A stretch of 64,000 bases of DNA from Candidatus Poribacteria bacterium (GCA_965232235.1 OZ246960.1:3405397-3469396); one strand, 5' to 3'; shown: positions 29,273-39,788, counted from the stretch's first letter. Notes: a model not told the origin generated them from the letters alone. A program made the numbers and translations.

Positions 29273-30547
29273 ATGAAATCGAACGCTACTCTACGGGGAC
29301 AGTCTTACGACGTGATTGTCATTGGCGGCGGACCTGCAGGAAGTACGGTTGCTACCTTGGTCGCCAAGCAGGGGCATCGCGTACTACTTCTAGAGCGCGA
29401 TCCGGAACCGCGTTTCAAGGTTGGTGAATCTCTGATTCCTGCCAGTTATTGGACGTTTGAACGGCTGGGAATGTTGGAAAAACTGAAAGCGAGTCATTTT
29501 CCAAAAAAATACAGCGTTCAGTTCTATTCGCAGTCCGGTAAGGCCTCGGCACCCTTCTATTTCTATGAAAGCGATTCGCACGAGAGTTCAATGACCTGGC
29601 AGGTTCTCCGTAGCGAATTTGATGAAATGCTGCTCGAAAACGCTCTGGAAAATCGTGTGGATGTTCGACGCGGCATCGGCGTTCACAGCGTGTTGTTTGA
29701 GAAAGATTGGGCAGTTGGGGTTCGGATGAAATCTCCACATGAGGGCAGCTTGGATTTACCTGCAAAAGTAATCGCGGATTCAACAGGTCAAAGCGCGTTG
29801 ATTTCGAGACGGTTGAAAATCAACGACACGGAACCTCAGCTCAAAAAAGCGTCAATATACACTCACTTTGAAGGAGGGATTCGCGACGAAGGAATCGATG
29901 AAGGTGCGACGTTAATTTTGCACACCGAGAACAAAGATTCGTGGTTTTGGTATATTCCGCTTCCGTACGACCGCGTAAGCGTAGGTGTCGTCGGATCAAT
30001 CGATTATCTGCTGCAAGACCGCCGTTCAGATAGTGCGCAACTTGACGCGGAAGCTATCTTTCAGGCGGAGCTAGAGAAATGTCTGGCGTTGAAATGGAGA
30101 ATAGAAAACGCAAAGCAACTGTTTCCGGTCAAAACAACAAAGGATTTTTCTTACCGCGCTCAACAGATTGCCGGAAATGGATGGGTGCTTGTGGGAGACG
30201 CGTTCGGATTCTTGGATCCGGTTTATTCTACAGGACTATTTTTGGCGCTGAAGTCCGGGGAGATGGCGGCTGATGCAATCAATGACGCGCTTGATAGCGG
30301 TGACGTGTCAAGGGAGCGGTTAGGTCAGTTTGGTCTAGAATTCGTAAAAGGAATGGAGTCTTTTCGAAAGTTGGTGTACGCCTTCTACACGAAAGAGTTT
30401 AGTTTTGCTAAATTCTTAAAACATTTTCCCGAGTGTCAACAAGGAATCGTTGATATCTTGAGCGGGAATGTGTTTACCAAAGATGTCGACAGAATCTTTA
30501 CACCAATGGCGCAGATGTGTCCTCTTCCCAAAGAGATTGGGTTATAG
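29273..30547 (+). CDS. FAD-dependent oxidoreductase of the flavin-dependent halogenase family
   Basis: GGGPAG, RFKVGES, FPKK (candidate catalytic Lys), WFWYIP (WxWxIP), GDAFGFLDPVYSTG. Confidence 0.85.
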   Translation: MKSNATLRGQSYDVIVIGGGPAGSTVATLVAKQGHRVLLLERDPEPRFKVGESLIPASYWTFERLGMLEKLKASHFPKKYSVQFYSQSGKASAPFYFYESDSHESSMTWQVLRSEFDEMLLENALENRVDVRRGIGVHSVLFEKDWAVGVRMKSPHEGSLDLPAKVIADSTGQSALISRRLKINDTEPQLKKASIYTHFEGGIRDEGIDEGATLILHTENKDSWFWYIPLPYDRVSVGVVGSIDYLLQDRRSDSAQLDAEAIFQAELEKCLALKWRIENAKQLFPVKTTKDFSYRAQQIAGNGWVLVGDAFGFLDPVYSTGLFLALKSGEMAADAINDALDSGDVSRERLGQFGLEFVKGMESFRKLVYAFYTKEFSFAKFLKHFPECQQGIVDILSGNVFTKDVDRIFTPMAQMCPLPKEIGL

Positions 30548-30602
30548 GGAAGTTACTCGGAAAACCGAGCATCCAAGAAAGGTGCGTTGACAACGGTTCT
30601 TC

Positions 30603-31359
30603 TTGAATCTTACCGTGAAGAGAGTGAAGACCTCGTTTGATTGGATATTCTTTGACTGCTTTAATGCGCTGATTGACGACTTCACTACCGACGGAGATGA
30701 ATCGGGTTTGGGGTCTGTCATGCATCTTCCTGCGAATGCCGGATTCTATGCCACCGGAGCCGAGTTTAAGATAGATTACGATAAATGGAAGCGGGATAGA
30801 TGGTGGTACCGACTGGAGGGAGGTCGAGCTGACACATAGGCTTAAGGAAATTCTGACCAAGAAGGATAAGAGCCGCACAGATGAAGTCGATACGTTCGTA
30901 GATCGGATGATCGAACAGTTTGAGTTGGGATATCAGGCTACGCTAAGACTTACACCGGGCGTACACGAGATGCTTCAGCGGTGGCGTCATAAAGTAAGAA
31001 TGGGTGTCATTTCAAATTTCTACCAGCCGGATTGGCCGCAACGAATGCTAATGAAGTTTGGTCTGGATGGTTTTTTTGATTTCATCATTGACAGCGCCTC
31101 GTTCGGGTTCAAAAAACCCGGACATCCGATCTACATCGGAGCGCTTCAACAAGCAGGGCTTTCCATCAATCAGGCGAGCCGTGTGCTCTTTATTGGAGAC
31201 AACCTCGCGAACGATGTTCTGGCGCCAATGGACTTGGGTATGAAAGCGATCTATTTAGACCGTTCAGACGATCGACCATTTTCAGATCCGGTTCCTGAGA
31301 GCATACCATCAATCAAGCATTGGCATGAATTCAAACCTGAGAATCTTCAGGCTGTTTAA
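30603..31359 (+). pseudogene. Frameshifted HAD-family hydrolase
   Basis: Motif I (IFFDCFNALID) lies in ORF 30603-30839. Motifs II-IV (ISN, KP, IGDNLANDV) lie in ORF 30907-31359, whose frame is open from 30775, so one frameshift at ~30775-30836 joins them. Confidence 0.8.
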
Positions 31360-31405
31360 CTTGGAATCCGACTATCGATTATTCTTTCAACCAAGGAGCG
31401 CTTTA

Positions 31406-32410
31406 ATGAATTCCACTGAACGTTGCCGACACGAGAGACGCATTGTAATCTTAATTCTTGCCATTTTTCTATGCTTTAATTTCTTGACCGAAAAAAGTGC
31501 CTTGGCAGAAAAGACGGGTAAACGCCAGTTTTTCAGCGTAGGTACGGCTCCACCCGGCGGAGCGTTTTTTGTTGTAGGGGGCGCCATTGCCCAAGTCGTC
31601 AGCGACAACGTCGGCGATTTAAGCTGGGAGGTGGCCGCGGAAGCTACGAAAGGCACGCAAGAAAACATCCGGCGTCTCGCAAGGGGTGAGTTGGAGTTTG
31701 CTCTCGCGAATGCCGCCATCTCGTATTTTGCGGTGCGGGGTGAAGGTGCATGGAAGCGAGAACAGCCCATTCGCGCGGTGATGACACTGGCTCCAAACGT
31801 TGCCCTCTTTATCACGCAAAAATCGTCGGAAGTAAAGCGACTTGTGGATTTGAAAGGAAAACGGGTAGTCGTCGGGCCTGCCGGTGCCGGGTTTGAATAC
31901 TTCCTAAGGCCGATTTTAGCCGCGCACGGCGTAACCTATGCAGATTTTACGCCACTAAACAATACGCAGGCTGGCGCGGTGAACATGTTGGCAGATGGCT
32001 CGGCGGTTGCAGCGTTCTTGGGTGGTGCCGTTCCAACAGCTTCAATTACACAAGCCGCCTCTTCCCAAGATATTCTTTTCGTTCCTTTCGATTCGAAGGC
32101 GAAAGAGCGCTTGATTAACGATTATCCGTTTTTTGAATCTGCGACTATTCCTGCGGAGACCTATCGGAACCAAGAGGAACCCTTTGACGGGATGAATGTT
32201 GGCGCGATGCATCTAATAACGTCAGCCAAGGAAACAGAAGAAGATGTCTATCAATTCACCAAGATTCTTTACGAACATCGAGGTGAAGTTGTAAAGAAGC
32301 ACCCTGCAGGAAAAGCAATCAACCCGAAAAATATCGTGAAGGATACGGGGACAACCTTTCATCCTGGCGCAGTTCGTTACTACAAAGAGATTGGCATTTG
32401 GCCCAAATGA
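31406..32410 (+). CDS. TAXI-family TRAP transporter solute-binding subunit
   Basis: GTAPPGGAFF, TKGTQEN, DLKGKRVVVGPAG, FHPGAVRYYKEIG. AAGGAG RBS before ATG 31406. Confidence 0.93.
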   Translation: MNSTERCRHERRIVILILAIFLCFNFLTEKSALAEKTGKRQFFSVGTAPPGGAFFVVGGAIAQVVSDNVGDLSWEVAAEATKGTQENIRRLARGELEFALANAAISYFAVRGEGAWKREQPIRAVMTLAPNVALFITQKSSEVKRLVDLKGKRVVVGPAGAGFEYFLRPILAAHGVTYADFTPLNNTQAGAVNMLADGSAVAAFLGGAVPTASITQAASSQDILFVPFDSKAKERLINDYPFFESATIPAETYRNQEEPFDGMNVGAMHLITSAKETEEDVYQFTKILYEHRGEVVKKHPAGKAINPKNIVKDTGTTFHPGAVRYYKEIGIWPK

Positions 32411-32510
32411 CTGCAAGTACCATTTTGTCTGAATAATGTACGTATAGTATTTTTGAATTATACCATTGTGATGTGACCCGCACCGATCACTAACCTGCAC
32501 ACCAACTCTA

Positions 32511-32575
32511 GTAGGCGGGGGCATCTTTACCCGTATTGAAAATACTTAATAGATGCTATTAATGCACTGCAAATA
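32511..32575. repeat. ~65-bp dispersed intergenic repeat, copy 1
   Basis: GTAGGCGGGGGCATCTTTACCCGTATTGAAAATACTTAAT...GCTATTAATGCACTGC matches 39640-39704. Confidence 0.75.
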
Positions 32576-32617
32576 CGCAAGAATTGAATAACTCTCAATC
32601 TGGAAGGAGACCTCACT

Positions 32618-33367
32618 TTGGCACAAGCAGAAAAACCTAACATCGGTTACGACGATACTCCGTTTATTCCCAATTCGGAGTGGAGAGTTCATGATGGAAG
32701 GCGACCACAGCCACGAGTCATCACGACCGGCACAGAAAGTTCGCTGTCGACAGCGGGAAGCCCGCCGTCAGACGCAGTGGTGCTTTTTGATGGTACGGAT
32801 TTGAATCAGTGGGTAGGTCGCGACGGTCCAGCGCAGTGGAAAGTTGAGAATGGTTACGTAGAAGTTAATAAGACCGGGGACATTGAAACCGTTGAGCATT
32901 TTGGACATTGCCAGTTGCATGTGGAATGGGCGACTCCCTCAAAGGTAGAGGGAGATAGTCAAGGACGCGGTAACAGCGGTGTTTTCCTGCTAAATCTGTA
33001 TGAAATTCAAGTGTTGGATAGCTATGACAACCCGACTTATGCGGATGGCGGAGCGGGTGCTATCTATGGACAATGGCCCCCTCTCGTCAATGCCTCTCGG
33101 AAACCCGGTGAATGGCAAACATACGATATCTTCTTTGTTCCCGCCCAATTCGATGGAGATAAGCTACAAACGCCCTCCTACGCTACGGTCGTGCACAACG
33201 GCGTTTTGGTTCAGCACTATCAGGAGATTCTGGGACCAACGGGCCACGGCGGAGCTCCTTCTTACGATGAGCCGCACCCACCTGAAGGACCAATCAAGCT
33301 TCAAGACCATGGCAATCCTATGCGCTTCCGTAACATCTGGGTACGTAGGCTTGAAAGCCGAGACTAG
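32618..33367 (+). CDS. DUF1080 (3-keto-disaccharide hydrolase) family protein
   Basis: LFDGTDL, GNSGVF, YEIQVLD, GEWQTYDI, LQDHG..MRFRNIW. Confidence 0.92.
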   Translation: MAQAEKPNIGYDDTPFIPNSEWRVHDGRRPQPRVITTGTESSLSTAGSPPSDAVVLFDGTDLNQWVGRDGPAQWKVENGYVEVNKTGDIETVEHFGHCQLHVEWATPSKVEGDSQGRGNSGVFLLNLYEIQVLDSYDNPTYADGGAGAIYGQWPPLVNASRKPGEWQTYDIFFVPAQFDGDKLQTPSYATVVHNGVLVQHYQEILGPTGHGGAPSYDEPHPPEGPIKLQDHGNPMRFRNIWVRRLESRD

Positions 33368-33369
33368 GA

Positions 33370-35319
33370 ATGCACTCCCTCCAACGCCTCCGCCAAAGGC
33401 TCTTTAAGGCGTTAGCCGTTATTTTGAGTTTGTTCGTTCTCGCGGAGGTCAATTATCCGCAACTCTTGCCCCAGTCCCAAGTGGCGCTTTTTGCCATGTT
33501 GGGACTGGTTCTCGTCTTTCTAAAATGCCCCCTTCATTCCAAACTTCAAGCAGGAATCTTCCGTCAAGGACTGGATCTCATCCTAGTTGTCTGTGCCGTT
33601 GCCTGTTTCGGTTATATTGTGGTGCAAACGGAACCTGTGTTCCAACGGTTCTGGATAGAGAGCCAACCCCTTGGAAACCGCGCCGGCGTGGAACAATACG
33701 TTGATTACTCGATTGGTTTGCTTGGGTTAGTTCTAGTTTTGGAAGCCACGCGGCGTGCGATTGGTTTAACTCTTCCACTACTCTCCATTGTTTTTCTGTT
33801 GTATGCCGGCTTTGGACAATCCATCCCGGGATGGCTCTTTCATCGCGGATATTCTTGGGAACGCATTGTCAGCCAAACCTTTTTGCATAGCCAGGGTGTG
33901 TTTGGAATAGCGCTGAAAGTGATGTTTACGTATGTGTTTCTCTTTGTACTGTTCGGTACAGTGCTGGAAAAGACGGGCGCGACTCGGTATATCATCAATT
34001 TTGCAAGACGCCTGTTTCGTTCAAGTGCAGGCGGTCCTGCAAAGGTTGCTGTTATCAGCAGCGGAATGATGGGTTCCCTATCCGGCAGCGCCGTTGCCAA
34101 CACGGCTACTACCGGGACGTTTACCATCCCGATGATGCGAAGTGCTGGGTTTCGGCCGACTACCGCCGCAGGCATTGAAGCCGCGGCTAGCTCGGGCGGG
34201 GCGCTTGTACCGCCGATTATGGGAGCGGGGGCCTATATGATGCTAGAGATTGTTGCTCCCCCTGTGACCTATCTGCAGGTGATAAAAGCTGCCCTTATTC
34301 CCGCCATCCTCTACTATGGGGCACTCCTTCTCATCGTTCATTTCCGCGCTAAGCTTGTTGGCGCAACCGCTGAAATGCCGAGCCAACAACTCGATGAAAA
34401 ACCCTCTGCTGCGCAAGGACTCGTGTTCTGCGCGGGATTCTGCGTGCTCATTCTGTTCTTGGTTCTTGGATACACGCCATTTCGCGCGGTGACGTGGGGC
34501 TTGATTGTCGTACTTGTCGTGAGTGCATTTAGCCGCCACACCCGAATAGGGATTCGCGAGGTATGCGACGCCATGGCGAAAGCTGCTCACGGTGGGGTTT
34601 CACTAATTGCGGCAGCATCATGCGTCGGGTTAATTCTCGGTGTCGTATTGCTGACGGGCATCGGCACAAAGTTGCCCGGTTTACTTGTACCACTCGCCCA
34701 AAACAATCTAATCTTGGCACTGTTACTTTTAATGGTCTCGACCATTGTGCTTGGGATGGGGCTGCCATCGTCAGTATGTTATCTCCTGATGGCGTCTTTG
34801 GTAGGATCCATTTTGACCGACTTGGGATTGGTTCCGCTTGCCGCGCATCTCTTCATTTTTTATTTTGGTATGATGTCGATGGTTACGCCGCCGGTTGCCT
34901 TGGCAGCCTACACGGCAGCAGCAATTGCGAATGCCCACATTATGAGGACGGGGGTCGCCGCTTTCCGATTTGCGTTGATTGGCTTCGCGCTGCCTTATGC
35001 GTTCGTGCTGCGACCGGAATTATTGACCTTATCTTCGGATGGAGGAACGGCGGGCGTTTGGTCGATTGCGGGAAGTCTGGGAATGACTGCGCTTGGCATC
35101 GTGCCGTTGGCCTCAAGCGTTGCCGGTTATCTCTTGGCGCCTTTATGCCTTTGGATGCGTTTGGTTTTCTTTGTTTCCGGGATGGGTTTCATACTCATTC
35201 GTTCCGCGATTTGGCTACACCTACCTGCATTAATCATCGTGTTAGCCATTGGGTTCCTGAACTGGCGCTCAAGTGTGTCTTTGGATGAAAAGCCGCAAAA
35301 TGAGGGAATTGGTTCATGA
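33370..35319 (+). CDS. TRAP transporter fused permease (4TM/12TM)
   Basis: LEATRR, GGPAKVAV, SGSAVAN, EAAASSGG..VPPIMG, LGMGLP, TPPVAL. Confidence 0.95.
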   Translation: MHSLQRLRQRLFKALAVILSLFVLAEVNYPQLLPQSQVALFAMLGLVLVFLKCPLHSKLQAGIFRQGLDLILVVCAVACFGYIVVQTEPVFQRFWIESQPLGNRAGVEQYVDYSIGLLGLVLVLEATRRAIGLTLPLLSIVFLLYAGFGQSIPGWLFHRGYSWERIVSQTFLHSQGVFGIALKVMFTYVFLFVLFGTVLEKTGATRYIINFARRLFRSSAGGPAKVAVISSGMMGSLSGSAVANTATTGTFTIPMMRSAGFRPTTAAGIEAAASSGGALVPPIMGAGAYMMLEIVAPPVTYLQVIKAALIPAILYYGALLLIVHFRAKLVGATAEMPSQQLDEKPSAAQGLVFCAGFCVLILFLVLGYTPFRAVTWGLIVVLVVSAFSRHTRIGIREVCDAMAKAAHGGVSLIAAASCVGLILGVVLLTGIGTKLPGLLVPLAQNNLILALLLLMVSTIVLGMGLPSSVCYLLMASLVGSILTDLGLVPLAAHLFIFYFGMMSMVTPPVALAAYTAAAIANAHIMRTGVAAFRFALIGFALPYAFVLRPELLTLSSDGGTAGVWSIAGSLGMTALGIVPLASSVAGYLLAPLCLWMRLVFFVSGMGFILIRSAIWLHLPALIIVLAIGFLNWRSSVSLDEKPQNEGIGS

Positions 35320-35393
35320 AGGATTGGCGGCTGGATTGACGTGCAACTTAGACATTGTCATGAGGACCATCAAGCGCTGGGAACTTCGATACT

Positions 35394-36107
35394 CTACGCT
35401 CGACCATACACGGGAATGGCGGCGCCGTTGATAACGGCAGCATCATCGGAAGTCAGAAAGAGGATGACTTTTGCAATGTCGGCAGGAGCGACCCAAACGG
35501 AGTGATCTTCGCCCGGCATCGCCTTGCGATTCGCATCAGTATCGATAATGCTTGGCATGACGGCGTTGACGTTAATCCCTAAATCCTGTACCTCTTGGGC
35601 AATCGACTCCGAGAGGAGGCGCACACCGCCTTTGGAAACACAGTAGGCGCTCATACCGGCTACTCCACTTAAACCGGCGCGCGCCGAGACGTTGACAATC
35701 TTTCCGAACTTGCGTGCCTTCATGTGTGGCAAAACAGCTCTGCAGCAAAGAAACGCCGACTTCAGATTGAGATTCATCATTGCATCCCAATCCTCCACTT
35801 CCAGTTCAGAAACCGGAATCCCGCCCTTGAAACCTCCTACGACATTTACCAAGATGTCTACGTGGCCTAACTTGTCCAGAACGGTTTGAAAGAAGGAATC
35901 GACCTCTGCCTCGGATGTAACACTGGCGCGGATAAGCGTTACTCGCGATTTCAAGTCTCCAATCGCTTTTTCGAAGGCTTCAATTTCGTGATCGAATATA
36001 AAGGGAATAGCAACGTGGCACCCCTGGCTCAGGAAGGTCTGGCATACAGCGGTGCCTAATGCACCTGTTCCTCCGGTAATGGCAACGCAACGATCCCGTA
36101 ATTGCAT
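35394..36107 (-). CDS. Short-chain dehydrogenase/reductase
   Basis: TGGTGALG, NVS, YCVSK, VNAVMPSIIDT. Confidence 0.92.
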   Translation of the reverse strand: MQLRDRCVAITGGTGALGTAVCQTFLSQGCHVAIPFIFDHEIEAFEKAIGDLKSRVTLIRASVTSEAEVDSFFQTVLDKLGHVDILVNVVGGFKGGIPVSELEVEDWDAMMNLNLKSAFLCCRAVLPHMKARKFGKIVNVSARAGLSGVAGMSAYCVSKGGVRLLSESIAQEVQDLGINVNAVMPSIIDTDANRKAMPGEDHSVWVAPADIAKVILFLTSDDAAVINGAAIPVYGRA

Positions 36108-36145
36108 CTAATGTCCTTTCTTTCAAGATTCACGTGGTTGTTAAA

Positions 36146-37156
36146 TCAATCGCCTACTCTTTGAATTGCGCCGATGCCCGGCCGGTTTGGAAGCACTAGC
36201 TTGCCATTTTTCAGCGTGACGCCGATGTAGGGGTCGTTGGAAATCAACAGGTGGCTGTCGAGATCGACGTAATCGACGAGAGGGGTCAAGTGTGCTGCCG
36301 CCGTAATACCGAGTGAACTTTCAATCATACAACCCATCATGATCCGCAGCTTGTGCGCACGTGCAACACTTATCATACGCATGGCTTCAACGAGACCTCC
36401 GCACTTTACCAACTTTATATTGACACCGTCCACACAATCGGCGAGCGCAGGAATATCGACTGCACGTTTGACACTCTCGTCGGCAATTATCGGGATATCG
36501 GCGTGTTCGCGAATGAACTTCAGTCCTTCTAAATCGGGCGCCGCTGTCGGCTGTTCAACAAGTTCGACGTCTAGAGAAGTAAGTTCGCGAATCTTTCGAA
36601 CCGCTTCTTTCGGCGACCACGCGGTGTTGGCATCCACATAGATTGGTTTATCCGTAACCTCGCGGAGCGCGCGAATAATCTGAACGTCCTGATGCGTCCC
36701 AAGCTTCACCTTCAGAATTGCGTAATCCCGCGCCTCACGAACTTTCTGTTGCATCACCTCCGGCTCGTCCAGCCCAACGGTATATGACGTCGGCGGCACC
36801 GCGTTCGGATCTAATCCCCAGAGCCGATACAGGGGTACTCCCAATGCTTTGCCGATTCTATCGTGGAGCGCCATATCAATCGCGGACTTGGCAGCATAAT
36901 TGCCGCCCAACACGGACTCAAGTTCCGCCATCACGCTCTGAATCGCGTCCAAATCTCCGTCAAGACCTGAATCCAAAATCTCCAGGGCAACACCCACAGT
37001 TTCGACAGTCTCTCCATAGAAACGAGCGGGCGGCGCCTCTCCCATTCCACCGCCGATTTCGACTGAAACGACTTGACGATAGTCGTCAACGGCTCGACGC
37101 GCAATCTTGAAGGGATGAACCAGTTTGAGGTCGACTACTCTATGGTGGATACGCAT
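36146..37156 (-). CDS. Dipeptide epimerase (L-Ala-D/L-Glu epimerase family)
   Basis: KVK, DAN, EQP, DES, NIKLVKCGG, GCMIES, DLD. Start at ATG 37156, since the longer ORF overlaps fba. Confidence 0.9.
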   Translation of the reverse strand: MRIHHRVVDLKLVHPFKIARRAVDDYRQVVSVEIGGGMGEAPPARFYGETVETVGVALEILDSGLDGDLDAIQSVMAELESVLGGNYAAKSAIDMALHDRIGKALGVPLYRLWGLDPNAVPPTSYTVGLDEPEVMQQKVREARDYAILKVKLGTHQDVQIIRALREVTDKPIYVDANTAWSPKEAVRKIRELTSLDVELVEQPTAAPDLEGLKFIREHADIPIIADESVKRAVDIPALADCVDGVNIKLVKCGGLVEAMRMISVARAHKLRIMMGCMIESSLGITAAAHLTPLVDYVDLDSHLLISNDPYIGVTLKNGKLVLPNRPGIGAIQRVGD

Positions 37157-37250
37157 TGCGTCGAAAGGCGGGGAATTTTTCAAAGGTGGAATATTGAAAA
37201 CTATGGGGTGTACCGCTAACTCAAAACCGAATCTACTCCACTGCCACGGT

Positions 37251-38306
37251 TTAGTTGAGCGCGGCTTCTTCGGCATATCGTTGAGCAACTGCTTCCAAGG
37301 GGATCGGCTCATAATCGACCCTATTCCCGATTTCCCCAAAACTCAACATCCGAGATCTGATTATCTCTTTCATGGCATCGCGAGCTGGCGTCAAATAACT
37401 GCGCGGATCGAATTCTTCAGGATTCTCCGCGAGGAACTTACGAATTGCACCTGTAATCGCTAGGCGGCTATCGGTGTCCACATTGATTTTGCGAACTCCG
37501 TTCTTAATTCCAAGTTGGATCTCTTCGACCGGCACGCCCCATGTGGGTCGAATCTCACCGCCATTGTTGGTGATAATGTCCTGCAAAACCTTGGGAACGC
37601 TTGACGACCCGTGCATCACGAGGTGAGTATTCGGAAGCAATTTATGAATCTCAATGATTCTATCCATAGCAAGCACGTCGCCATCGGGTTTTCGGGTAAA
37701 TTTGTACGCCCCGTGGCTTGTCCCAATCGCCACTGCGAGCGCATCAACGCCTGTTCGCTCAACAAATTCCACTGCCTGTTCCGGATCTGTGAGAAGTTGG
37801 TCGTGCGACAAAACGCCTTCTGCGCCGTGCCCGTCTTCTTTTTCACCCTCACCCGTCTCAAGTGAACCAAGACAACCGAGTTCGCCCTCGACAGTAACGC
37901 CGCGCGCGTGAGCCATCTCCACAACGTGCCGCGTGATCTGAACGTTGTATTCAAAATCCGCGGGTGTCTTCCCATCCGCCATCAACGAGCCGTCCATCAT
38001 TACGCTGGTAAAGCCCATCTCGATCGCCGATATGCACGTTTCCGGGCTATTCCCGTGATCCTGATGGAGCGCGATCATCACGTCCGGATATAGTTCGATG
38101 GCTGCCATCATCAGATGGTACAGGAATCGATCGTTGGTGTACTTTCGCGCGCCTCGACTCGCCTGAATGATTAACGGGAACCCGGTTTCGCGTGCAGCTT
38201 CCATGATGGCTTGAATCTGCTCCATATTATTAACATTAAATGCGCCAACTCCATAGCCGCCTACCGCGGCTTCATCAAGGATTTGTCGCATGGATACTAA
38301 CGGCAT
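37251..38306 (-). CDS. fba: Fructose-bisphosphate aldolase class II
   Basis: [51 protein letters not shown]. Confidence 0.97.
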   Translation of the reverse strand: MPLVSMRQILDEAAVGGYGVGAFNVNNMEQIQAIMEAARETGFPLIIQASRGARKYTNDRFLYHLMMAAIELYPDVMIALHQDHGNSPETCISAIEMGFTSVMMDGSLMADGKTPADFEYNVQITRHVVEMAHARGVTVEGELGCLGSLETGEGEKEDGHGAEGVLSHDQLLTDPEQAVEFVERTGVDALAVAIGTSHGAYKFTRKPDGDVLAMDRIIEIHKLLPNTHLVMHGSSSVPKVLQDIITNNGGEIRPTWGVPVEEIQLGIKNGVRKINVDTDSRLAITGAIRKFLAENPEEFDPRSYLTPARDAMKEIIRSRMLSFGEIGNRVDYEPIPLEAVAQRYAEEAALN

Positions 38307-38408
38307 TTCAAACTCTCCATTTTATGAGCATTTGTGCTTGAGCATCTATTGTAGTTTACTCAAGCGAATTCACCCTGTCTTCGTATTGACTCTTCCGATG
38401 TCAATCAA

Positions 38409-39449
38409 TCAATTAGCACGTTCTACGGCGAATTTCACAAGCGGTATAAAGAGGTTCTTCGCTCGATTATGCGGGATATGGGCAAATCGCTGCGCGAATT
38501 GGGCACATGCCTCCTCTACCAGCACTTTGGCTCGTTTCTGTGCATACACAATTGATTGATACTTTTCCATGAGCGACAATACCTCATTGATATCGGCTAG
38601 ACTCTTGTTGTTTCGGCTTTTAGCCATGATATCAACTACGCGGTCCGCCTCGTCAGATGTGCACGAATTGAATAGATGAATCAACACCAACGTGCGTTTG
38701 CCTTCGCTGATGTCACCGGCGATTTCTTTGCCGTATTGGCTTTCTTCCCCGATGAGATTCAGAACATCATCTTGAATTTGAAAAGCGACGCCCAAGTTCT
38801 TGCCAATTTCAAGGAAGTGATTCACGTCAGTCTTTGCGGCTCCCGCCGTAATCGCGCCTAAGCGACACGGTGCGATGGACGTGTACCAGGCAGTCTTTTT
38901 CACACACATCGCCCAGTAGTCATCTTCGGTGAGATTCCACTGATTGTTATCGACCCAGCTAAGCTCAATGTGTTGTCCTTCGACAACCTGATTACTTAGA
39001 CAGGTGAATTCGGCGAGTACCTGAAATGCGACTTCGTGCCCGAGTATCTCGGCGTTTCGGTGGAGCATCTCCCACATTCGGCAATGAAGTGCATCTCCCG
39101 CGTTGAGCGCTAACGGAATGCCATATTTCTGGTTCAGACAGGGCTCCCCGCGTCGAAGGTCTGATCCGTCTTCGATGTCGTCATGGATTAGCAGCCAGTT
39201 TTGAAGCACTTCAAGCGCTGCAGCGGTATTGAATGCATTTTTGGGATTACCTCCGAACGCCTCGCAGATGAGCAAACATAACGCCGGGCGCAGTCGTTTG
39301 CCGGATCTCCGAGGATAATCCCGCATCATGTCGTAGAGGCATTGTACCTCATCTCGATTATGTTTGGACGGAAGAAAATCAAGAATGTACGTATCAATCG
39401 TCGCTTTGACTTCGCCGAGAAACTCTTTCAATGCATTAGCATCTGTCAT
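38409..39449 (-). CDS. Short-chain polyprenyl diphosphate synthase (IdsA/GGPP synthase-like)
   Basis: GKRLRP, HDDIED..RRG, GQ, KT, FQIQDD. Confidence 0.92.
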   Translation of the reverse strand: MTDANALKEFLGEVKATIDTYILDFLPSKHNRDEVQCLYDMMRDYPRRSGKRLRPALCLLICEAFGGNPKNAFNTAAALEVLQNWLLIHDDIEDGSDLRRGEPCLNQKYGIPLALNAGDALHCRMWEMLHRNAEILGHEVAFQVLAEFTCLSNQVVEGQHIELSWVDNNQWNLTEDDYWAMCVKKTAWYTSIAPCRLGAITAGAAKTDVNHFLEIGKNLGVAFQIQDDVLNLIGEESQYGKEIAGDISEGKRTLVLIHLFNSCTSDEADRVVDIMAKSRNNKSLADINEVLSLMEKYQSIVYAQKRAKVLVEEACAQFAQRFAHIPHNRAKNLFIPLVKFAVERAN

Positions 39450-39639
39450 AACTTTGGATTAGACCTTCCACTGTATAATTTCTGGCAAAGATAATAGTTC
39501 CCGATTTTGACGAATCCATTCTTAATATTCCTTGTCGCGTCTACTTATACCATTTCGATTGAACAAGACCGCGTATTCTGTGTCCAGATATATTATAATG
39601 GAAAACCGATAACAGCTATTGCCCTGCGCGCCAATATCG

Positions 39640-39704
39640 GTCGGCGGGGCATCTTTCCCCGCATTGGAAAGACTTGATTCACGCTATTAATGCACTGCGA
39701 ATAT
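39640..39704. repeat. ~65-bp dispersed intergenic repeat, copy 2
   Basis: GTCGGCGGGGCATCTTTCCCCGCATTGGAAAGACTTGAT...GCTATTAATGCACTGC matches 32511-32575. Confidence 0.75.
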
Positions 39705-39788
39705 AGAAAAAACGAGAAACCGGCACTATTCGTTTCCATTGGTTGCTTTGGCAACGTCGAACACAGCATTGTTACACACGTCTAACGT

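Noticed and set aside
37157-37339. N-terminal extension of the dipeptide epimerase
   Set aside because: It overlaps the end of fba, and family similarity starts at ATG 37156.
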